From Octopus vulgaris (Eukaryota): 64,000 nt of DNA. Positions within the stretch are counted from its first letter, which is position 1, and every line of letters begins with the position of its first letter. Both the position numbers and the translations under genes were made by a program. The stretch spans positions 47,616,001-47,680,000 of the forward strand of contig OX597828.1 of NCBI GenBank assembly GCA_951406725.2. The letters are read 5' to 3'. Positions 42,810 to 57,106 of this stretch are shown in pieces. The notes beneath the pieces were generated by a model. That model did not search any database. It had not been told where the DNA came from and worked only from the letters and a program-made list of their open reading frames with translations.

Positions 42810-43480
42810 AATGTCTGCTGTACCTCAAAGCTCAGTAACTGTCTATCATTTTATTATATAGATCTTTAATGAAAATGGTAGCTGACCTTTATAAAATATC
42901 GTGAAAGGATGAACTTCTACATTCAATGTTTGTCGATGAAGAACAGGAATTTCAACCATCGATTCCATGGTGAACGGTGATTGACGGAAGGCCAAATGCA
43001 GCCTACCATCACTACCTTCAAAAATTGACTAAAGCAGTTTGAACTTGTGGAATATGTCCTACATAGAAAACCGTAATTTTCTTTTAAAAATATTGGTATG
43101 ACCGCATTGAATTTTTTTCTTGAGTACAAGAATTGGACGCTTGTCAAACTGATGGAACTTATGTAATCGATTAGTTGAAACTTAAGATATTCAGTTTCGG
43201 CGGTCGAAGTCTGAAGTTGTAGAGGAAGAAAAATTTTACTAACAATTACGAACGATGGTAGGGAAACATATCTGAAAAAGGGTTCAGTCCTATATATCAA
43301 ATCAAGGATTTCATGAACAGTTCTGCCTATCTGAAGGTCTTGGTGAAGATTATGGTTTCATATGTCAAGAATAATTTGGGTTCGTTGTAAATTTCCTGTC
43401 GCTGACCCAAAGCATATCAAAAGAATTAATCATGAAACTGAGAAAAACTCCGATTGCCACAATGGCCGTCACACTCCTGG
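42810..43480 (+). mobile_element. Heavily decayed Tc1-like transposase remnant
   Basis: ISEKGFSPIYQIKDFMNSSAYLKVLVKIMVSYVK, then DPKH after a frameshift, resembling the Tc1 region around the second catalytic Asp. Confidence 0.45.
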
Positions 43481-43668
43481 GTTTGTAGAGTATGCAGTTC
43501 ATTGAAATTGACTATTTGTTTTACGAGTTTTATGCAAATGTGATCTTCAGACGAGAAAATCACAATAGAGGAATACCCGAATCGTGAGACAAGAATTTAG
43601 TTTTACATGTGTCTGTGTGTGTGAGTGTGCATGTATTTTTGTATGTATGTATATATATATATATATAT

Positions 43669-43751
<83 letters not shown>

Positions 43752-43887
43752 TGTATATACATATATATATACATATATAAATATATACATACATATATAT
43801 GACATCTCAAACAAAAATAGACACACCTCATTACATATATGTATATATACATTTATGTATATATTTATACATATACATACATATATA

Positions 43888-43940
<53 letters not shown>

Positions 43941-43944
<4 letters not shown>

Positions 43945-44277
43945 CGGAGATGTACTCGCATAGCAAGTGATTTGATCTGAGATCGTGTGCTGAAACGAAA
44001 ACAATTGCAGCGTGGAAGGTGTTTGTAAGCCATTTAAGAAACACACAAAAGCCGTTCGATTCACTTCAACATTTAAGTTTAATTTGTCAAAATATTTTCG
44101 TCGCTATAAGACCACGACCTGTTCACTGACAAAAATGCAGCACGGATTTTTATCAGTGAACAGGTCGCGGATCTTAGCGACGAAAATATTTTGACAAATT
44201 AAACTTAAATGTTGAAGTGAATCGAACGGCTTTTGTGTGTTTCTTAAATGGCTTATAAACACATTCCACGCTGCAAT

Positions 44278-44280
<3 letters not shown>
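43941..44280. mobile_element. Inverted duplication (44001-44136 / 44146-44280) carrying two G3-C8 hammerhead-like motifs
   Basis: Minus 44083-44133 reads TTTGTCA-GTGAACA-G-GTCGT..GCGAC-GAAAATATTT-TGACAAA; plus copy at 44149-44198. (TA)n on both sides. Confidence 0.7.
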
Positions 44281-44338
<58 letters not shown>

Positions 44339-45031
44339 AACAAAAATGCAATAGAGGGCATTAAAACGTTCGGACAGATAGACGACACAAAGGTGGGCAA
44401 GAGAAACAACAATTAGAAGGACAGGCTAAAAAAGACGGGTCATGCTTGGCTTTCTTTCATCAGTCAAGTACCAGAAGTCACAACTATTTCAGACAGTTAC
44501 ACTTGAGATAGTTCGATCTGGTTGTCCCCAAAATGTCTAAGCTAAGAGCATTAGACCCCTTTGTAAGAGAGCTAGCTAATGCGTACGGCAACAAAGACAA
44601 AAACAAACAAAAAACGGAGATCATGGTACACAATTACGAATACAACAAGAAATAACAACAGGTGTCTTTCGACTCAGAACGAATCAAATTGAGCTGGGGT
44701 GTATGGAGTGAAAGTCTAAAGGTAGGAACATGGGAGATGGAAACAAGACGTGTTGACGGTCGGCAGTCAGGCCAAGAAAGAAAGATCATGGCTGGCTGGA
44801 CACCGGTCACCTGGAAGGAAGAGAGATGGGTAGGGGACATATATATGTATATGTATACAATCATCTATATAAACATATAGATGATGTTTTTCCTAACGTC
44901 AGGAAACACAGGTGAGGTCAGTGGCATCAAATTTCCTCATTGACCAAATGTCACATATCAGAGGAGGTTTCAAGTAATGAAGCTCATTCAACGGTGGTGC
45001 CCCAGCATGACCACAGCTTTGATGCTGAAAC

Positions 45032-45560
45032 ATTGGGCAAGTGTCTTCTACTATAGCCTCAGGCCGACCAAAGCCTTGTGAGTGGATTTGGTAGACAGAA
45101 ACTGAAAGAAGCCCGTCTTATCGCCATGTTGATTCGTTAGCTACTGCACGCACATTTCTTTTCTCTCCTTCTTTCTGTGTTTTTTTTCTCTCTGTGTATC
45201 TTTCTGTTGAAGAGCGTAGGCTCGAAACGTTAAAGACTTGTTTTATTTATATTTCCTGAGCGCCATACTAATACAATTATTTGTTTGTATTCCACCTGCC
45301 TTCGTCTTTTGTCTATTTTCATAAAGCTTCCCGTTATATATAGATGTATGTGCGTGTTTGCCCCACCACCACCACCACCACCAACATCAATTATAACCGA
45401 TGCTGGTGTGTTTACGTCCCGTAATTTAGCGGTTCGGGAAAAAAACAGAGAGAATAAGTACAAGGCTTAAAATGAATACGTCCAGGTGTCGATATGTTCG
45501 ACTAAGGGCGGTGCTCCAGCATGGCCGCAGTTAAATGATTGAAACAAGTGTAAGAATAAA
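45032..45560 (+). mobile_element. Family A SINE interrupted by a hammerhead-bearing repeat (45119-45340)
   Basis: SINE head ends at GAAGCCCGTC (~45117) and the tail resumes at ~45345. Confidence 0.75.
45199..45236 (+). ncRNA. Minimal hammerhead-like motif, CUGUNGA core
   Basis: TCTTT-CTGTTGA-A-GAGC-GTAG-GCTC-GAAAC-GTT-AAAGA. Confidence 0.65.
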
Positions 45561-45562
45561 AG

Positions 45563-45675
<113 letters not shown>

Positions 45676-46490
45676 GTAAAAAAATACAAACTGGAACAAG
45701 AATGCAAAACATTTAGAAGACGATACAAAAAACACGGAAGCCTTCAATCTTCAGTCAAGAACCGGATCATCCTCGCAATTTCGGCTGATTAATCTTGGGA
45801 TTGCTCCGATCTGGCCAACCCCAAAGGAAAATCTAAGCCAAGCGCATTAGATTCCTTGGAAAAAAGCCTCAAATGTATACAAAACAAGGACGGAAAAACG
45901 GACGATGTTACACGAATATGAATACAAAAATGCGTAAAAACAATAAAGAAAGCACGAATAAGAATACAAAATACGTAAAAACAATAATGATAATAATAAT
46001 AACAAAAACAGGACGTCACATACATACATACATACATACATACATACATGCATGCATGCATGCATGCATACATACATACATACATACATACATACATACA
46101 TACATACATACATACATACATACATACATACATACATACATACATGCATGCATGCATGCATGCATACATACATACATACATACATACATACATACATACA
46201 TACATACATACATACATACATACATACATACATACATACATACATACATAAATAAATACATAAATGAGGAATGTCTAGTCACTTCTGAGATCCCTATATA
46301 TACATACACAAACTATGTTGATAAATAAATGTTAATTATGTGAAATTTCTGGCAGCGAATATTCGTGAATTCTCAGTAAAAGAAATCCAAACAATTGAGA
46401 GAATTGGTCCTCTTTAGTTGTCTTGGGACATATAAGTCGACCTGCCGTTTTTGAAATTAAGCGATATAGTTGGAGAGAAAGCTAGAAGTG

Positions 46491-46995
46491 GGTGAGTGAG
46501 TGAGTGAGTGAGTGAGTGAGAGAGTGAGTGATTGAGTGAGTGAGTGAGTGAGTGAGTGAGTGAGTGAGTGAGTGAGTGAGTGAGTGAGTGAGTGAGTGAG
46601 TGAGTGAGTGAGTGAGTGAGTGAATGAGTGAGTGAGTGAGTGAGTGAGTGAGTGAATTATGGTTTAGTGAAAGTGACAGAGAATGAGAGAGTAATTAGTA
46701 AGAGATGAGAGAGAAAGTCGAAGTATATGCAAAGAGGTGGATGTAGAGAGAGAGAATCTGTAAATCTGGTTTTTGACTGTACTTGGAAAGGAAAGTGTAT
46801 AGTGAGAGAGTCGAGGAGAGGATGGAAAGCGAGAGAAATGCAAGGGGGAAATATTAGAGAATAGAGAAAGAGTTCGTGAGAGAAGGGGTGCTGTATAGAG
46901 ATGATAGGTAAGAGAAAGAAAAGAAGGAAAGAAGGAAGAAAGAAAGAAAGGAAGGTAGGAAGGAAGGAAGGAAGGAAGGAAGGAAGGAAGAAAGA

Positions 46996-47047
<52 letters not shown>

Positions 47048-47161
47048 GAAGGAAGGAAGAAACGAAGAAACGAAGGAAGAAACGAAGAAGAAAAAAAAGA
47101 AAGAAAGGAAGGAAGGAAGAAAGAAAGAAGGAAGGAAGGAGGAAAGAAAGAAAGAAAGAAA

Positions 47162-47195
<34 letters not shown>

Positions 47196-47251
47196 AGGAA
47201 AGAAAGAAAGAAAGAAAAAAGAAAGAAAGAAGAAAGAAAGAAAAGAAGGAA

Positions 47252-47285
<34 letters not shown>

Positions 47286-47300
47286 AAAAGAGAAAGAAAA
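46491..47300. repeat. (GAGT)n and (GAAA/GGAA)n microsatellites
   Basis: Read directly at 46491-46654 and ~46910-47295. Confidence 0.9.
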
Positions 47301-47574
47301 GGATTCAGGGTGGATGATTAAAAGAGGAAATAAGGCGTCCAAGAGAAATTGCAAAGTATTGGAGCCAGAAGGCAAGAAATCTTGGAAAGTTCTTCAGAGG
47401 AAAAGTGAAGAATTAGAAAAAAGGGAAATGGGAAAAGATAGAAAGAGAGAGAGAGAGAGAGAGAGCAAGGGAGAGAGAGAGAGAGAGGGAGCAAGGGGGA
47501 GAGAGAGAGACAGTGCAGCGTAATTAAGAAAAGGTAAATTTGCGAGATGGACAAGAAATGGTTAAAGGAGAGGT

Positions 47575-47611
<37 letters not shown>

Positions 47612-47845
47612 ATTGCGTGTTTATGCGTCTATGATTGAGAGTGAGGGAGAAAGTGAAAAAGTGTGTATGAGATTAAGAGGTAGGGGTGAGGGTGACCTGA
47701 AGCACATATTCACTAGTGTGTTAAATATTATGACGATGTGTATAATATTTCTATTATTGAAAACAAGTGGATGTATTCCACCGAAACTAGGTAAATAAAA
47801 CCATCGAACAGAGATTGTCGGAAGCGACACCTACTGGCTGGCTAC

Positions 47846-47887
47846 GCTGCATTGAAAAGGGGCAATACTCCGAAACGCGTCTGTAGC
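47846..47887 (+). ncRNA. Minimal hammerhead-like motif, U3-A8 core variant
   Basis: GCTGCA-TTGAAAA-GGGG-CAATA-CTCC-GAAAC-GC-GTC-TGTAGC; stems I and II fully paired with G-U allowed. Confidence 0.7.
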
Positions 47888-48107
47888 TGCCGGTCAAGTA
47901 GTGTGGAGCGACTGACCTCCCTTGTTCGAAGGTTATATGGATACAGTTTGTGTATCAAATAGCTAACTTAAGGCGATGGCCTCATGGAGCTAATAAGCGG
48001 ACAGCTTTTTTCTTATTTTTATAAGAATGCCATATTAGTATGGCGATAACTATTATTTTCCGGGAACGCTGCCGCTGTTCTCTTTTAGAGAGACTTAGTT
48101 ATTTTAA

Positions 48108-48162
<55 letters not shown>

Positions 48163-48258
48163 CTTTTTCATAATGAGATAAATAAAACCAAGGGTGTGTA
48201 GATTTTAGAACATTTATAGATAGAGAGTCTTACAGCTGTTTCTTATATATGCATATAT

Positions 48259-48299
<41 letters not shown>

Positions 48300-48300
48300 C

Positions 48301-48330
<30 letters not shown>

Positions 48331-48332
<2 letters not shown>

Positions 48333-48369
48333 GTGTGTACTCATACATATTCGTATGTAAACACACATA

Positions 48370-48433
<64 letters not shown>

Positions 48434-48472
48434 TATGTGTGTTTACATACGAATATGTATGAGTACACACAT
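48331..48472. repeat. Perfect palindrome centred on (TA)n
   Basis: ATGTGTGTACTCATACATATTCGTATGTAAACACACATACCT, then (AT)n, then the exact reverse complement. Confidence 0.92.
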
Positions 48473-48729
48473 GCGCGCGCATGGTAGATGAATGGATGGA
48501 TGTATTTGTGGATGTATTTATAAAGAGGAGCAGGAATGTGTGTAGATAGATAGATAGATGATTTAAACTGTTACTCAGATATTGTTCAGAAACTCTCGAC
48601 TGTCTGATGATCGGTCAGCCGAAAATCTGAGAAACAGTTTGTGAAATCGTTGTAGCTTAAGTAGAACTATTTCGTATCTTCTGGTATCCCAGTGCTATTT
48701 TTCACCTTGTTATGCAGCTAAGTGTTTGC

Positions 48730-48775
<46 letters not shown>

Positions 48776-48832
48776 ATATGTATAGAAACACATACATATA
48801 TGCGTGTGTGAGTGTGTGTACTTGTCTGGGTG

Positions 48833-48881
<49 letters not shown>

Positions 48882-48947
48882 ATGTGTATAAAATCAAAAT
48901 AAGCAACAGGATATTAAGTGCTAATGCAGTACGACCGTTTCAAGTGA

Positions 48948-49004
<57 letters not shown>

Positions 49005-49181
49005 TATGTATGATAGATTGCCGTCATTTCATTCTCTCTTACCTGTCTGTGTTTGCCTTTCAAGTGCTGTGTTTTTACTGAGATCCCCCTTTTAGTAGAA
49101 AGAATAGCTATAACTCTTTGACTGCTATTTCTAAATTCGGTGTGTGGTGAGGCAATTCGTTGCTAAACCCTTAATTGCTTA

Positions 49182-49248
<67 letters not shown>

Positions 49249-50164
49249 TATATGTGCATATATGGGTACAGGAAGTCATGAAACATGTATAACAAAAAAA
49301 ATACGAATCACGGGTACATGGAATATAAACTATTCTTTCGAACAACGAAAGACACAAATGGGAAAAAAGACGAACAACATAAAGGACGACACTTCATCAG
49401 TTGTTGGCCATTTTTCTACTCTTGTATTTCAAGCATTTAACAACAATATACGCTTTCGATAAAACAGTTGTTCCTGTTAAGCAAATTAAAAAATAAAAAT
49501 TTTCTTGCCGATATACTAAATCGTTTCCTGACACGTGTGTCGAGGCTTGCTACGGAATTTCTACTTGGATATATTTGGAGTACTTAAATGTATTCATGAC
49601 TTTGTGTTTGTTTTTCTGTGGTTATGTCTAAGTATTTCATTTATTTTCATTTTGTGTTCCACGCTGATGAAGAAAAACTCCTTTTGGATTAATCCAGAAA
49701 TCGGAACTGGTTTGGAGATTACTAAAATTTCTATGAATTTTTGCTAGCTTGCTTTCCTCGTTTCGACACGTGGTGTAATAATATAAGTGAAAATATTTTA
49801 CGTGGTCAGACGATTTAGCGTCAACTTTTCAGCATATTGACAACTGATAAAATTCTTTAATAACTCGAGTCCGTGTGTATCATAAGTTGAAGACGGGAAG
49901 GATGACTTCCCTTCGCAAATACTGATAGGGCACAGAAAGTGTGTCTATAGCCAGCTGGAGGAGATGTCCTCCTGGGGCTACAAACTACAGTAGCATCCAC
50001 CCTTAACGATTAGCCATATTCAAATGGCAAATATACGTCTTTAATAAAATTTTATCCTTATATTAGAAGTGTGTATGTGTGTGCGTGTCTAAGTGTGTGT
50101 GTGTGTGTGTGTGTGTGTACATATGTATGCATGTGTATGCGTGTCTCCTCATATATTCTTTCGC

Positions 50165-50496
50165 TCTTTTAATTTTTCCAGTCATTTGACTGCGGCCATG
50201 CTAGAGCATCGCCTTGAAGGCTCTTATTTTTTTTTTAGTCGAACTAATTGACCCGGGACTTATTATTTAAGTCTAATACTTATTCTATCGGTTTTCTTTT
50301 GCCGAACCGCTATGTTACGGAAACCTAAATACACCGACACTGGTTGGCAAGCTGTGGTTGAAAGACAAACAAAGACACAGAGACAAACACAGATAGTGAT
50401 ACATACAGACAGACAGACAGACATATATATACATACATACATACATACATACATACATACATACATACATACATACATACATACATACATACATAC

Positions 50497-50579
<83 letters not shown>

Positions 50580-50740
50580 TGACGGGCTTCTTTCAGTTTC
50601 CGTCTACTAAGTCCACTCACAAGGCTTTGGTCGGTCCGAGGCTATAGTAGAAAACACTTGCCCATGGTTACACAAAGTGGGACTGAACCCGGAACTATGT
50701 GGTTGGGAAGCAAGCTTCTTATCACACAGCCACGCCTACG
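50165..50740 (-). mobile_element. tRNA-SINE family A, full length, expanded internal microsatellite
   Basis: Head 50580-50740, (TCTA)n/(TATG)n spacer, tail 50165-50400. Confidence 0.85.
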
Positions 50741-50868
50741 TACATATGTATGTGTGTATGCATGTATGCACGTATGTATGTATGTATGTATGCATGTATG
50801 TATGTATGCATGTATGTATGTATGTATGTATGTAAGCATTTATGTATGTATGTATGTATGTATGTATG

Positions 50869-50899
<31 letters not shown>

Positions 50900-51615
50900 G
50901 CATTTATGTATTTATGTATGTATGTATGTATGTATGTGTGTATGTATGTATTTATGTATGTATGTATGTATGTATGTATGTGTGTATGTATGTATGTATG
51001 TATGTATGTATGTATGTATGTATGTATGTATGCATGTATTTATGCATGCATGTATATATGTATGTATGTATGTATGCATGCATGCATGTATGTATACATT
51101 CATGTATGTATGTATGTATGTATTTATGTATGTATGTATGCATGCATGTATGTATATATGTATGTATGCATGCATGTATGTATATATGTATATATGTATG
51201 CATGTATGCATGTATGTATGTATGTATGTGATACGCTTTTTGCAGTTTCACTCGATAAAACTATTTAAGACACTGGGCCGTCAATGTTCCCCAAAGCGCT
51301 GTGATGCGTGATCGAACCAAGAATCTCCCCTCCTTACAAAGCTGCGCGCGCGTATGTGCATATCTATGTGCATGCGTGTGTGTGTTTGCGTGTGCGTGTG
51401 GGGAGGGGGGGGGGCGCTTAAGAATCTCGTGAATTAAGAATCGAAACGGCGCGAGAGCGAATAAAGCAGAGAGAAAGAAAGAAAATATGAGAGAAAAACG
51501 TATATGAGGGAGATGGGGAGGAGGGAGGATGAAAGAGTGTCGAGTCGGAACGAAGCGTTGAGTAGCGGAAAGAGTAGAAAAAGTAACGTTCGCTTACTGA
51601 GGGAGAGAGAGAGAG

Positions 51616-51649
<34 letters not shown>

Positions 51650-52564
51650 GGACGGACAGACAGAGAGAGGCTGAGAAGGATAAAGAGAGGAGAGTCAGTG
51701 AAAGTTGTGAGGGAGAGTAGTAATGGGAGTGGTAGGAGTAAAGCCTGGGTAGGAGTAGTAGGAGTAGAGAATAAACAAGATAAGGGAGGTAGTTGAGAAA
51801 CTGAGGGAGGGGGATATGGTAAGAAGTTGCAGTCAGAGAAGACAGGAAGAAAAAAGAAAGGAAGAAAGGGAGTGGACGGAGGCGGAGTAGTGGTGGTGAA
51901 AGAAGAGAAAGACGTCAGAGAGGGTGAAGCGATTAATGCGAGTGGTGGTCGGAGTAGCGAGAATAAATAAGGGGAAGGAGAATGACGGAGGAGCTACAGT
52001 GAGTGGCGGTCGAAGCAGAGAGAGAAGAGATGGCTGGAGTGAATAACGGGAATTGTTGGTGTTAGTTGTAGGGATTGGAGGAGGAGTAGGAGTAGATCAA
52101 ATTGACAGGGGAAGTGAATGACGGAATATATATATTGTGCGCGCGCGTGTGTGTTGCAGTGTGAGTAGAAAATCTAAACGAAGGGAAAGAATTACGGAAA
52201 ACTGGGGAGGAGGGGTGGCTGGAGGACAGTGAGAGAGAGAGAGAGAGGTGGCTGGGGTGAGAAACGAGTGAAAAGTAGAGCAGAGAAGGAAAGAGAAAGA
52301 CGTGAAGAGTTGAGTGGGCGGAGTGAGTGATAGGAGTAGACGAGACAGAGAGAGAGAGAGAGGGAGAGGTGGTCGTTGCGTCTGAATGAATGAAGATGGT
52401 GAATACGGAATGGTAGGAGTGATAAGCGTAAAGGTGGAAAGGTAGAGAGGGTGGAGTTAACGGAATTGTACGTCCAGGAGAGAGGAAGAAAGACTTTCAA
52501 AGAGAGAGAGACAGGGAGGGGACAGCTCAGGACCGTGTCTTTACCTCCCACTGCCACAAATGTA

Positions 52565-52751
52565 AGCTGTTTGTTTCAAGCATTAAAATGCGGCCATGCA
52601 GGAGCATCGCCTTCAAAGGTTTAAGTCGAACAAATGAACCCCAATACTTTTTTTCAAGTTTCATACTTGTTTTATCGATACTTTGGCCGAACCGCTAAGT
52701 TACGGGGACATAAACAAACCAACACCAGTTGTCAAGCAGTAGAATGGAGAA

Positions 52752-52819
<68 letters not shown>

Positions 52820-53061
52820 TTTATAGATATATATATATATATATATAATACTCTTTTACTCCTTTACTTGTTTCAGTCATTTGACTGCGGCCATGCTGGA
52901 GCACCGCCTTTAGTCGAGCAAATCGACGCCCAGGACTTATTCTTTGTAAGCCTAGTACTTATTCGATCGGTCTCTTTTTGCCGAACCGCTAAGTTACGGG
53001 GACGTAAACACACCAGCACCGGTTCTCAAGCGATGTTGGGGGAACAAACACAGATACACAA

Positions 53062-53117
<56 letters not shown>

Positions 53118-53535
53118 TTCTGGGTTGTCCTACTGCGTGGCACCTTGGGCAGGTGTCTTCTACTACAGCCTCGGGCCGACCAAAGCCTTGTGAGAGGAGT
53201 ATATATATATATACACACGACAGGCTTCTTTCAGTTTCCGTCTACCAAATCCACTCACAAGGCTTTGGTCGGCGCGAGGCGGTAGCAGAAGACACTTGCC
53301 CAAGGTGCCACGCAGTGGGACCGAACCCAGCACCATGTGGTTCATAAGCAAGTTACTTACCACACAGCCACTCCGGCGCCTTATATGTATATATTACGAC
53401 GGGGGTTCTTTCAATTTTCGTCTGCCAAATGCACTCACTCACAAGGGCTTGTTCGACCCGAAGATATTATTGAAGACACTTGCCCAAGGTACCACGCTGT
53501 GGGACTGAACCCAGAACCATGTGGTTGGGAAGCGA
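52565..53535 (-). mobile_element. Cluster of family A SINEs (full copy 52850-53380 between split halves)
   Basis: Tail 52565-52760, full copy 52850-53380 with an inverted head piece at ~53115-53195, head 53395-53535. Confidence 0.8.
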
Positions 53536-53640
53536 GCCTGAATCTATAATAGTGTCTATGTATCTTTAATGTGAATTAGATGATGATAGGAAAGCAGTTA
53601 TCGAGGGAGAACGAGAGAGAGAGAGAGGGAGGGAGAGATG

Positions 53641-53676
<36 letters not shown>

Positions 53677-54004
53677 GTAAATAAGAATACTTGAAAGAGA
53701 AAGACGGCTACGGTGGTGGTGACGGAGATTACCGAGATGGTGGCGGCGGCAGTGGCGGCGGTAGCCGTGGTAACGGCAGTAGCGTCAGCTGTGGAGGCGG
53801 CGGCGGTGGCGGCGGCGGAAGGAGGGGGGAATGCAGTGAAAGAGTGAAACAGAAAAGGAGAAAGAGGGAAAAGATGAAAAAGACAAACGAAGAAAATTAT
53901 GAAGGACGTAAAATAGGATATGAAATATAGGAGGAGGATGGGGAAGAGGAGGATGGATGGAGGAGGAGGAGGAGGAGGAAGAGGAACTGTATGTAGTAGT
54001 AATG

Positions 54005-54038
<34 letters not shown>

Positions 54039-54617
54039 CAGCAGCAGCAGTAGCCTGTGCGCGTAAATCGCTGCAGTCAGTGAGACTAGAACAGCGTAAA
54101 ATGAATCGTATAAAATGTCCATCAAAACGAAGAGTCATCACAACGCCATTATCATTGTTATTATCATCGATCTATCTGTTTAACGCACAGTTTCATCATT
54201 TAGGCGTCCTCCCCCCTCACTCTCTCTCCGTCTCTCTCTCCGTCTTTCTTTCTTTCTCTCTCTCTCTCTGTCTCTCTCTCTCTCCCTCTCTTTCTCACTC
54301 ACTCTGTATGTATGTATGTGCCCTTCTTCTCTGTCTCCGTCATTTCTGTATCTAGCTGTTACAGCGGCCATCTATCTAGCTTCCTATACACGCGTGTATA
54401 TGTGCATGCTTGCACTTTATACCTATGTATGTATGTATGTATGTATGTATGTATGTATGTATGTATGTATGTATTATGTATGTATGTATGTATGTGTGTA
54501 TGTAAGTATGTATGTATGTATGTATGTATGTATGTATGTATGTATGTATGTATGTATGTATGTGTGTGTGTATGTATGTATGTATGTATGTATGTATGTA
54601 TGTATGTATGTATTATG

Positions 54618-54648
<31 letters not shown>

Positions 54649-54805
54649 GTATGTATGTATGTATGTATGTATGTATGTATGTACGTACGTACGTACGTAC
54701 GTATGTATGTATGTATGTATGTATGTATGTATGTATGTATGTATGTATGTATGTATGTGTGTGTATGTATGTATGTGTGTATGTATGTATGTATGTATGT
54801 ATGTA

Positions 54806-55012
54806 TTGTCCGGCATTCGCCTTGATAGATCGCTAACCACTACACATTCTTTATTTTCTCTCCTTGTTTCTTTCTGTGTTCCTTTCTGTGGAAGAGCGTA
54901 GGCTCGAAACGTTAAAGACTTTTTCACTTCCCGAGCGTTATATTAATACATCCATTTGTTATCTACACCACCTGTCTTCATCTTTTGGAGGTTTTTTTGT
55001 GAATTCTCCCCA
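54806..55012 (+). mobile_element. Short repeat with CUGUNGA hammerhead-like motif (54882-54917)
   Basis: CTTT-CTGTGGA-A-GAGC-GTAG-GCTC-GAAAC-GTT-AAAG; inserted in (TATG)n. Confidence 0.7.
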
Positions 55013-55995
55013 TGTATGTATGTATGTATGTATGTATGTATGTTATTATTCATTTATATTTCAAGATTTCTTGCCAATAGAGAAAGAACCGGTTTCTAAC
55101 CTAGACCCAAGGCTCCTTCAATGCAATTTCAACGTCAACAACAGGGTATTTTTGTATGTATGTATGTATGTATGTATGTATATATGTATGTATGTATGTA
55201 TGTATGTGTGCAGATCTGTATGTTTTGCCTTATGTATGTATTCTCAGGCATATAGTTGCATATCTAGACATGCTCGTAGATATATTTAAATGATAAACTC
55301 CTGGAAAGTTTTATAGATTTTTACAGTTCCGATGATGGATTGGATCTGTTATGTATGTAAGTATGTATGTATGTATGTATGTATGTATGTATGTATGTAT
55401 GTATGTATGTATGTACGTACGTATGTATGTATGTATGTATGTATGTATGTACGTACGTATGTATGCATGCATGTATGTATGTATGTATGTATGTATGTAT
55501 GTACGTACGTATGTATGTATGTATGTATGTATGTATGTATGTATGTACGTACGTACGTACGTACGTATGTATGTATGTATGTATGTATGTATGTATGTAT
55601 GTATGTATGTATGTATGTATGAATGTATGTATGTATGTATGTATGTATGTATGTATGTATGTATGTATGTATGTATGTATGTATGTATGTATGTATGTAT
55701 GTATGTATGAATGTATGTATGTATGTATGTATGTATGTATGTATGTATGTATGTATGTACGTACGTACGTACGTATGTATGTATGTATGTATGTATGTAT
55801 GTACGTACGTATGTATGTATGTATGTATGTACGTACGTATGTATGTATGTATGTATGTATGTATGTATGTATGTATGTACGTACGTACGTATGTATGTAT
55901 GTATGTATGTATGTATGTATGTATGTATGTATGTACGTACGTACGTACGTATGTATGTATGTATGTATGTATGTATGTATGTATGTATGTATGTA

Positions 55996-56062
<67 letters not shown>

Positions 56063-56074
56063 ACATCAATTACC

Positions 56075-56370
56075 AGAGTCGTTAATGCGCCAGATATTAT
56101 GCGTGGCGGGGCGCTCTGGGTGACAACCTTGTTGAGGTTGACTCTGCCCTCTATCCTTTCGGAGTCGATAACATAAAATACCAGTTGTATACTGGGGTCG
56201 ATGTAATCGACAAGCCGCAAAACGCTTACCAGCATTTCTTCCGCTTTTACAATCTGAATTCACATTCCGTTGGGGTAAACTTTACATTGGTACTTTCGAG
56301 GTCCGTTAAAATAAGTACCTGTTAAAGCACTGGGGTCAGTTCCATCGACCTGCCTCATCCCACAAAAATT
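56075..56370 (+). mobile_element. SINE remnant with duplicated Nin-like core
   Basis: GTTGACTCTGCCCTCTATCCTTTCGGAGTCGATAACATAAATACCAG..TGGGGTCGATGTAATCGAC, with a second decayed unit following. Confidence 0.55.
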
Positions 56371-56748
56371 CCAGCAGCGTTTCTAGTTCGATTCTAGCGC
56401 GTGGAACGATTTGTAAAAGTCTGCTACAGTAGCTTAGCGATGGCAACAATGAAGATACGATTTGACTTCTTTTTTTTTTAGTTACTCTCGAAGACAGAAT
56501 TGTTCATGGCCAATCGAGCACAAAATAAATAAGTACATGTTAAAAAAAGAAAGAAATACGGTTACAGACGCAGGCATGGCTGTGTGGTAAGAAGTTTGCT
56601 TCCCAATCACATGGTTCCGGGTTCAGTTCCACTGCGTGGCACCTTTGGCAAATAACTTCTACTATATATCTGAGCCAACCAAATTTTGCGACTAGATCAG
56701 GTAGAAGGAAATTGAAAGACGTCAGTTGTATATATATATATATATGTG

Positions 56749-56860
<112 letters not shown>

Positions 56861-57106
56861 TATAACAATAAGGGTTTTGCAACAAGTTGCTTGACCACAT
56901 ACCGAAAATTTTAGAAATAGCAGCTAAAGGACTACTATTTCCTTTTTCTACAAAAATATGTCTCCACAGACAACAATATTTGTAACTCACATATGGCAAA
57001 AAAAAGAAGAAAAATATCTGTAATGATATATATATATATACATTTGTTATCTGTAATGATATCTATATATATATATATATTTGATATATATAGATATACA
57101 TTTATA

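Noticed and set aside
48596-48640. CTGATGA...GAAA hammerhead candidate (similar at ~49664, ~49390, ~58960)
   Set aside because: Stems I and III could not be completed by eye; possibly decayed copies.
53598-54141. Ala/Thr- or Gly-rich ORFs
   Set aside because: Low complexity in all frames, no domain and no consistent splice pair.
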